This document shows positions 19,777 through 26,694 of a stretch of 64,000 bases of DNA, one piece after another. Position numbers and translations under genes: made by a program. The stretch's first letter is position 1; the number at the start of each line of letters is the position of its first letter. Source of the DNA: Calditrichota bacterium (GTDB lineage: Bacteria; CLD3); contig QQUF01000045.1 in NCBI GenBank assembly GCA_008501735.1, positions 5,735 through 69,734 on the forward strand, written 5' to 3'. The notes under the pieces are model-generated. The model searched no databases and had not been told where the DNA came from. It worked only from the letters and a program-made list of their open reading frames with translations.

Positions 19777-22700
19777 ATGCCTTACAAAATCATACGTAAA
19801 ATCGCCTCAGGAACTTTCGGCACAGTTTACAAAGTCCAGGAAACAACTAACAGTGAATTCTACGCCTTAAAATTAATCCACGAAAATTACAAAAGCCCTA
19901 AAGAACTGAAAAGAATCAAACGTGGTTTTGAGTCAGCTCAAATAGTATCACACCCAAATTGTGTAAAAATGATTGAATGGTATGAGGAAAAAGACCAAAT
20001 TGGTTTTGTGATGGAATTTGTAGATTCCGTAGAGACGCAAAATCTCGCGTATAGTGAAAAGAATAATTCCCTTGTAGAGACGCAAAATCTTGCGTCTCTA
20101 CAAAATAAAATTTCAAAAATAATTCAAATTGCAAATGGGCTTGAAGCACTTCACTCAACAGGAATCATTCACAGAGATTTGAAACCTGCAAACATTCTTG
20201 AAACCAAAGATGGTCAAATTAAAATCACTGATTTTGATTTAGTGAAACTTGACGATTCCTCCACTCTCACAGCTTCGGGAGCTTTCCTTGGAACTGCAAA
20301 ATATTCTTCTCCTGAACAATGCCAAAACTCTGCTAAAATTGATTTCCGTTCTGACCTTTACTCACTTGGAGTTCTTTTCTACCAATTAGTTTGTGGCAGA
20401 GTTCCTTTTGAAGGAGATTCATTGGCAGAAATTGCACTTGGTCACATTCGTACTCCACTAATTTCTCCAAAACAATTTGTTCCTGATTTACCAGAAGTTT
20501 TGAATACAGTAATTGCCAAACTCCTAAAAAAAAATCCAAAAGATAGATTTCAATCTGCTCAAGAAGTCTCAAAGATTTTAGATACTTTTTTGAAAGAAGG
20601 AAAAGTTGAAAACTTGGAAACTTTCGGTGATTTTCTTTTAACTCCGGGTTTCGTTGGACGAGGAAAAGAATTTTCAGAGTTGAGCAAAATCTTTTCAGAA
20701 ACAACTAACAAGCTGAAAACAATTCTAATTAGTGGTGAACAAGGAGTTGGAAAAACAAAATTGTGGAAAGAATTCAGACTTGGTTTACCAAAAAACTCAA
20801 CTTTAGTGTTTGAGACAAAGTGCAGACAAAATGGAAACACTTTTGAACCACTTCAAACAATTCTTGCAAAAGCATTAGAACAAATCGAGAAACTTTCTGG
20901 CAAAGAACAAGCTGAAAAAATTGGACGATTTGGAAAAGACCTTTGTAAGATTTTTCCACAACTTGAACAAAAATTTTTTTTTAAACATTTACTGGAAATT
21001 CCAGCTCTTGAGGGTATTGAATCAGAGCTTAGACTTTTTGAAGCATTTACAAATTTCCTAAATAATATTCAAAAAGAAAAACAGACTTTAGTTTTCTTTT
21101 TCGACGACTTACAATGGATTGATGAACTTAGTCTAAAGTTTCTTGGTTATTTAACAAGGAGTTTATCTAATAATTCAATTTTAGTTTTGGGAACTATTAG
21201 AAAAGAACAAATTGAAAATGTATTAGAAGAAATTGATGATTCTAAGATTCTCACTCTCGAAAATTTTGAATTAGAAGAAGTCCGTGAATTTCTCACAAAA
21301 ATGTTTGGCAAAGCTGACCCTGTAAACACAAGATTTTGTGAAGAAATTTTGAAACGCACAGGTGGAAATGTTTTGTTTGTTCAAGAGCTAATTTTTCACT
21401 TGTTAGAAACAAAGGAATTGAATAAAAGTGAGGGTGATTGGGATTTAGGTGAAGAATCTTTCACAAAACTAAAACTACCAAAATCAATTCAAAGTGTTGT
21501 TGGTGAACGTCTAAATTTCTTACCTAAAAATTTACTAAAGTTACTCGAAGTTGGTGCACTTCTCGGAAAGTTTTTTACAACGAAAGTAGTGGCAGAAGTC
21601 CTTTCTTTAGAAGAAAATGAAGTTGAAAGTAAATTAGCAAACTCGACTTTTGAAGGTATTTTAGAAAAATCGGAAAGTAATATTTTTGAATTCGTAAACG
21701 ACTCTTTTAGAGAAAGCCTTTCAAATTCGCTAAAACCAAATACCAAAAAGTCAATTCACAGAAAGATAGCAGTTTACTTAGAGAAGCGTTTTAATGAATT
21801 TGAAATTTTGGAAGAACTTGCTAATCATTACTTTGAAGCTGGTGTGAAGAAAAAAACTTTTAATTACTGTTTGAAAGCTGGAGTTTCTTTAAAAGAGGTT
21901 TATGACTATGCGAAAGCAGAAACATTTATTTCAAATGCAATTACTGCAATTGAAGCGAGAAATATTTCCGAAAGAATAAATATTTCTAACCTAAAGGCTG
22001 AATGCTTAGAAAAGTTGGGTGATTTTGAACAAGCCGAAAAAATTTATTCCCATAATTTAAAATTGGCATTTGATTCAAATTCTGAAAATGAAATAATAGC
22101 TGATATTTATTTTGCTTTGGGTAGAATTAATTCTGAATTATTTAATATTGAAAATACTCAAAAATATTTTAAACTATCTTTAAACCTTTACATCAAATTA
22201 AGAGATTTTAAATTTATAATTTTAATTCATAAAGAATTGTCTCGTTCATTTATTTATCAAAATAAATTTTCTGAAGCCCAAAAATATTTAGATTTAGCAT
22301 TAGAAGTTGCTGAAAGTAATAAAATTTATGATGAAGTGATTAGTTGTTATACTTACCAATGTACTATTCTTGGAAGTGTCGGAAAATTCGATGAGGTTTT
22401 GATTTATGCAAAAAAGATTAATGATTTTGAAGAAAAGCAAGGAAGTTCAAGGAAAGATTTTACGGGTTTAATTTTTCTCGGTTGGGTTTATAAAAACTTA
22501 ACAAATTTTGTAAAAGCATCTTTTTATTTTGAAAAAGCTGTTAAAAATTTAGAGAAGAACAGTTATTCTGATACATATTTAAGAGCGTTAAACGGTGTTA
22601 GCCTTTGTAATTTTGAATTAGGAAATTTTGAAAAAGCAATTGAATTCTCTTTGAAAACTATCAGACAAGCAATCCTAATTAAAGATTTTAGACAAGTAGG

Positions 22701-24834
22701 AAATTCTTACAACGACATTGCATTATTTTATACAACCTACGGAAACTTTGATGAAGCCTCTAAAATGCTTGACAAAAGCATTGAAGTATCAAGAAAAATT
22801 AATGATGAATTTCAAATTGCAAATTCATTTTATCTTTTGGGAGAGATTGAATTTTTTAAAAGCAATTTTTTAGAAGCGATTTCAAATTATGAAGAATCTG
22901 TTAAAATTTATAGTAAAATTGAAATGGAGTTCAAAGCTCCAATTTTATTATACAATCTTTCTAAGTCAAATTATAAACTCAGAAACTACCCAAAAGCATT
23001 AGAAAATATATCTAAAAGCCAAGAACTTGCCCAAAAATTTGAAAATGAGAATGTAATTTTCAATTGTCAAATTTTGAAAAATAAAATTGATTTTATGTTG
23101 GGAAATAAAGAGCAAGCAATTCAAAATATTTACTCTTTTATTCAATCTGAAAATGATGAAAGAAAATCAGCAATTTTAAGAATTTCATTCTGTAATCTTT
23201 TTGCAAAAGACCGAAGTTTGGGAATTTTGATTTCAGAGGATTTTGATTTTCAAGAATTTCTTTTAGAAACAAAAAGTTTAACTGAAAAGGTTCTGAAAGA
23301 GAAGTTTAATTATGAAATTTCTAAGGACTTAGAAGAACTGAAACTTCTTGAAAAACCTTCTATTAGCTTGGATTTAGATTTAATTTCCTCGTTTGTGAAA
23401 TGGATTGAACCTTCAAATCTTTTTAGCGAACTTTTAGAATTTTTGAAAAAACAAACAAATGCAACTTCGGCAATTCTTATTTTACAGAATCCAATTACCA
23501 AAAAATTTGAAATTGCAAGTTCAACGAATGAAATTTCAAATGAGGATTTAGATTTTAGCAAAGGTATTTTTGAAGAATCAATAAAAAATCATAAACCAAT
23601 TCTAATTGAGAATGCTTTAGAGAATCCAAATTTTAGTTCAAACCAAAGTGTTGTCGGTAAGATTTTCCTTTCGGTTTTAGTTGTCCCAGTAAGTCTAAAT
23701 AAAAAAGTTATTGGAGCAATTTACGTTGAACGCTCAAAATTGGAATTAGAAAAATTTAGAATCCCTGATTTGCAACAAGTCGAAAGAATTGCAAAACTTA
23801 TTTCACCGATTTTGCAAAAACAAAACGAAAACAAAGTTCTTAAAACTGAATCAGAAGTTAAAAAATTAGGAATCTTCATTGGTAACAGCCTAAAAATGCA
23901 AAAATTATATCAGCAAATCCAAAATGCTGCGACAGTTGATTACACAACTTACATTTACGGCGAAACCGGAACAGGGAAAGAATTAGTTGCAACTGCTCTG
24001 CACAAATTAAGTCTAAGAAAAGACAAACCTTTTGTAGTAATTAATTGCTCGGCAATTCCGAAAGATTTAGCTGAAAGTGAACTTTTCGGACATTCAAAAG
24101 GTGCGTTTAGTGGAGCAATTTCTGATAAAACAGGAAAATTTGAACTTGCAAACGAAGGAACACTTTTCCTTGATGAAGTCGCAGAATTATCTTTGGAAAT
24201 TCAAGCAAAACTGCTCCGAGCAATTCAACAAAAGGAAATTTGGCGAGTCGGTGGAAACAAAGGAATAAAAGTAAACATAAAAATCATTGTTGCAACTCAC
24301 AAAAATCTTAGCGAGGAAGTTCAGAAAGGTAATTTCCGTGAAGACCTTTTTCACAGATTAGATGTTTTGAAAATCGAAGTTCCTCCTTTGAGGGAAAGGT
24401 TAGAAGACATTCCACTTTTAGCAAATTCAATTTTAGAAAAAGTCAGTAAGGAGTTGAACAAAAAATTCTTGGGTTTCTCACAAAGTGGAATTAAATCTCT
24501 TTTTGAACAAAGATGGAAGGGGAATGTCAGAGAATTAGAAAATGTGATTACAAAATCAGTAATAAATCTTCAAATTGAAAAGTCATTAAGCGAAAATGAT
24601 TTATTCCCAAATCAAATTACCAAACGAAATTCAGATGAACCTTTAGAAGTAATCCTTAATGGAAAATCTTTTGATGAGAAATTAGAAAACTTGGGTAAAA
24701 AAATCTTGTTAACAAACTTAGAGTCCACAAATTGGAACAAACGGCAATCGGCAAGAGAATTAGGAATTAGTAGAAATAGGCTCAAACGTTTGATTTCTAA
24801 GTATGAGCTTGTTGAACCACATTCTTCACTTTAG
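19777..24834 (+). CDS. giant multidomain regulator, paralog 2: Ser/Thr kinase - LAL-type NTPase - TPR - GAF - sigma-54 activator - HTH
   Basis: 1685 aa; kinase motifs (ASGTFGTVYKV, HRDLKPANIL, ITDFDL, SSPEQ); Walker A GEQGVGKTKLW and Walker B LVFFFDDLQWID; TPR-like region; GAF-like (VGKIFLSVLVVPV...GAIYVER); sigma-54 activator (GETGTGKELVATALH, ESELFGHSKGAFSGA, FLDEVAEL, FREDLFHRLDV); C-terminal HTH (RQSARELGISRNRLKRLI). Confidence 0.85.
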   Translation: MPYKIIRKIASGTFGTVYKVQETTNSEFYALKLIHENYKSPKELKRIKRGFESAQIVSHPNCVKMIEWYEEKDQIGFVMEFVDSVETQNLAYSEKNNSLVETQNLASLQNKISKIIQIANGLEALHSTGIIHRDLKPANILETKDGQIKITDFDLVKLDDSSTLTASGAFLGTAKYSSPEQCQNSAKIDFRSDLYSLGVLFYQLVCGRVPFEGDSLAEIALGHIRTPLISPKQFVPDLPEVLNTVIAKLLKKNPKDRFQSAQEVSKILDTFLKEGKVENLETFGDFLLTPGFVGRGKEFSELSKIFSETTNKLKTILISGEQGVGKTKLWKEFRLGLPKNSTLVFETKCRQNGNTFEPLQTILAKALEQIEKLSGKEQAEKIGRFGKDLCKIFPQLEQKFFFKHLLEIPALEGIESELRLFEAFTNFLNNIQKEKQTLVFFFDDLQWIDELSLKFLGYLTRSLSNNSILVLGTIRKEQIENVLEEIDDSKILTLENFELEEVREFLTKMFGKADPVNTRFCEEILKRTGGNVLFVQELIFHLLETKELNKSEGDWDLGEESFTKLKLPKSIQSVVGERLNFLPKNLLKLLEVGALLGKFFTTKVVAEVLSLEENEVESKLANSTFEGILEKSESNIFEFVNDSFRESLSNSLKPNTKKSIHRKIAVYLEKRFNEFEILEELANHYFEAGVKKKTFNYCLKAGVSLKEVYDYAKAETFISNAITAIEARNISERINISNLKAECLEKLGDFEQAEKIYSHNLKLAFDSNSENEIIADIYFALGRINSELFNIENTQKYFKLSLNLYIKLRDFKFIILIHKELSRSFIYQNKFSEAQKYLDLALEVAESNKIYDEVISCYTYQCTILGSVGKFDEVLIYAKKINDFEEKQGSSRKDFTGLIFLGWVYKNLTNFVKASFYFEKAVKNLEKNSYSDTYLRALNGVSLCNFELGNFEKAIEFSLKTIRQAILIKDFRQVGNSYNDIALFYTTYGNFDEASKMLDKSIEVSRKINDEFQIANSFYLLGEIEFFKSNFLEAISNYEESVKIYSKIEMEFKAPILLYNLSKSNYKLRNYPKALENISKSQELAQKFENENVIFNCQILKNKIDFMLGNKEQAIQNIYSFIQSENDERKSAILRISFCNLFAKDRSLGILISEDFDFQEFLLETKSLTEKVLKEKFNYEISKDLEELKLLEKPSISLDLDLISSFVKWIEPSNLFSELLEFLKKQTNATSAILILQNPITKKFEIASSTNEISNEDLDFSKGIFEESIKNHKPILIENALENPNFSSNQSVVGKIFLSVLVVPVSLNKKVIGAIYVERSKLELEKFRIPDLQQVERIAKLISPILQKQNENKVLKTESEVKKLGIFIGNSLKMQKLYQQIQNAATVDYTTYIYGETGTGKELVATALHKLSLRKDKPFVVINCSAIPKDLAESELFGHSKGAFSGAISDKTGKFELANEGTLFLDEVAELSLEIQAKLLRAIQQKEIWRVGGNKGIKVNIKIIVATHKNLSEEVQKGNFREDLFHRLDVLKIEVPPLRERLEDIPLLANSILEKVSKELNKKFLGFSQSGIKSLFEQRWKGNVRELENVITKSVINLQIEKSLSENDLFPNQITKRNSDEPLEVILNGKSFDEKLENLGKKILLTNLESTNWNKRQSARELGISRNRLKRLISKYELVEPHSSL
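20074..20101. repeat. perfect hairpin (10-bp stem, loop aaaatctt) embedded in the kinase-domain coding sequence, preceded by a partial direct copy at 20029-20050
   Basis: gtagagacgc-aaaatctt-gcgtctctac read directly; a 22-nt near-copy gtagagacgcaaaatctcgcgt lies 45 nt upstream; together they encode an insertion (VETQNLAYSEKNNSLVETQNLASL) relative to paralog 1. Confidence 0.6.
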
Positions 24835-24900
24835 TAAAGCATTACAGCAAAAGGATCTAATACGAACCACCATAAATTCAATAATTTAAATTATTTATAA

Positions 24901-24960
24901 AAAAGGGTCTAGAGTGAACCCAATGATTTTAAAATCATTGGGTTCACTCTAGACCCTTTT
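24901..24960. terminator. 60-bp perfect palindrome (probable bidirectional terminator or protein-binding site) downstream of regulator paralog 2
   Basis: aaaagggtctagagtgaacccaatgatttt immediately followed by its exact reverse complement aaaatcattgggttcactctagaccctttt; flanked by an A-run on the 5' side and T-run on the 3' side. Confidence 0.55.
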
Positions 24961-25137
24961 TTTGTTTAAAGGAACAATGGGCTTGAATCAAATTATTGAT
25001 TTTACACAACTTATACAACCTTTGGAAAATTTGGCACAGAATTAGTAACTACTTTGAGGTAATTAATTACATAGCCTTTCGTCTCGTAGTTTTATTGCTA
25101 CGAGGCGATTTATTAATTAAAACTAAGGAACTAAAAA

Positions 25138-26613
25138 ATGCACAAATTTACAAAAGCCTTCATTTCTTTAAGTTTACCACTTTGCTTTATCGCAAACGTC
25201 AATGCACAGAAAATTTATTGGTCCGACCAACCAAATTTGAAAAGAGCAGATCTAGATGGCTCAAATGTAGAAGACATTACTCCAGCAATTTTTAACGGTC
25301 CAAGAGCCGTTACAGTTAATAAAACAGAATCAAAGATTTATTGGGTTGACCAAAACGGATTTAATTATCGCAAATCTGATTTAGACGGTACAAATTTGGA
25401 AACTTTGTTCAATACAACAGGTGGTGCAGGAACTGCAATGGCAATTGATGAAACAAACTCAAATATTTATCACGGAAATGTTAGTTTTGTAGGTGGCTTT
25501 AACCCATTTATTGAAAAAAGAAATTTAGATGGTTCGAACAACTCTACAATTATTAGTTCTTTATCTGGTAGTGTCAAAGATATTGCATTAGATGTTAATA
25601 ACTCTTTAATTTATTTTACAGTTTCAAATACAATCCAAACAGTAAACTTTGATGGCTCTAACCAACAAACTATTGTTACAGCAACAAGTAATATTCAAGA
25701 CATTACTTTAGATTTGACGAATAATAAACTTTACTACACAGACCAAAACACTGGTTTAAATACTGGAAAAGTAGTAAGAACAGACTTAGATGGTTCAAAT
25801 CCAACAGACATTCTTACAGCCTTATCTAATCCTGAAGATATTCATTTAGATGTAACAAATTCTCAAATCTATTGGGGAGACGGTGGAGAAGATAAAATTT
25901 TTAGATGCAATTTTGACGGAACAGGAACTGAGACAATTGTCACTGGAGTCAGTATTTCTATTGCTGATTTCTCATTAGTCTCAGCAGATGCACCACTTTC
26001 TGTAGAATTAAATTATTTCACAGCTCGTCAAATTGAAAACTCAATTCAGCTTTCCTGGGCAACGGCTTCTGAAACTGAAAATGAAGGTTTTAATGTTTAT
26101 AGAAAATTAGGAAATGAGGATTTTGTAAAAATCGCTTCTCACAAATCTCACACTGAACTTAAAGGGCAAGGGAACACTTCTTTAGAAACTTTTTACACCT
26201 TTAATGACAACTCAAAATTACAAAATGGCGAATTTTACACTTACCTAATTTCAGACGTTGAAACAAATGGAATTGAAACTAAGCACGAAGAATCTGCTCA
26301 AAGTGTTCTTTTTGAAGTCCAATCACAGGAAGTCAGAAAATTCGAGTTAAAACAAAACTATCCTAATCCTTTTAATCCAAGTACAACAATTTCTTACAAT
26401 CTTGCAAAAGATTCAAAAGTAAGTCTCAAGATTTACAATGAAATAGGTGAATTTGTCAAAGAACTCACAAATGGTTTTCGTTACGAAGGTTCACACAATG
26501 TAATTTGGGACGGAACTAACAACAATGGAAAATCTGTTTCAAGTGGAACTTACTTCTACAAAATTTCAGCAGGAACTTTCACACAAACTAACAAAATGAT
26601 TCTACTCAAATAA
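25138..26613 (+). CDS. divergent YWTD-like beta-propeller protein with T9SS C-terminal sorting domain
   Basis: 491 aa; signal peptide; degenerate blades (KIYWSD, KIYWVD, LIYFT, KLYYTD, QIYWGD with DLDGSN/DLDGTN); LSVELNYFTARQIENSIQLSW module; T9SS tail. The C-terminal ~375 nt is identical to the next gene. Confidence 0.75.
   Translation: MHKFTKAFISLSLPLCFIANVNAQKIYWSDQPNLKRADLDGSNVEDITPAIFNGPRAVTVNKTESKIYWVDQNGFNYRKSDLDGTNLETLFNTTGGAGTAMAIDETNSNIYHGNVSFVGGFNPFIEKRNLDGSNNSTIISSLSGSVKDIALDVNNSLIYFTVSNTIQTVNFDGSNQQTIVTATSNIQDITLDLTNNKLYYTDQNTGLNTGKVVRTDLDGSNPTDILTALSNPEDIHLDVTNSQIYWGDGGEDKIFRCNFDGTGTETIVTGVSISIADFSLVSADAPLSVELNYFTARQIENSIQLSWATASETENEGFNVYRKLGNEDFVKIASHKSHTELKGQGNTSLETFYTFNDNSKLQNGEFYTYLISDVETNGIETKHEESAQSVLFEVQSQEVRKFELKQNYPNPFNPSTTISYNLAKDSKVSLKIYNEIGEFVKELTNGFRYEGSHNVIWDGTNNNGKSVSSGTYFYKISAGTFTQTNKMILLK
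26083..26457 (+). repeat. ~375-bp tract identical to 28413..28787 (copy A)
   Basis: Direct by-eye nucleotide comparison: gaaggttttaatgtttatagaaaattagg ... gaaataggtgaatttgt is identical in both adjacent genes, whereas flanking sequence differs at multiple sites. Confidence 0.8.
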
Positions 26614-26694
26614 ATTATCAGATTTAAAGTTGGAAATTGGAAAAGAAGCGATATTGGAAAATTTAAATTCTAAACAACAATAGGAATTAACAAA

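Noticed and set aside
25032-25046. TGGCAC motif upstream of the 25138 gene as a sigma-54 promoter
   Set aside because: Only the -24 half matches; the -12 position reads ATTA/TTAG rather than TTGC, so it is not a credible sigma-54 promoter on sequence alone.
24996-25295. 99-aa plus-strand ORF spanning the leader and start of the 25138 cargo gene
   Set aside because: Out of frame with and overlapping the well-supported cargo gene; basic, low-complexity translation.
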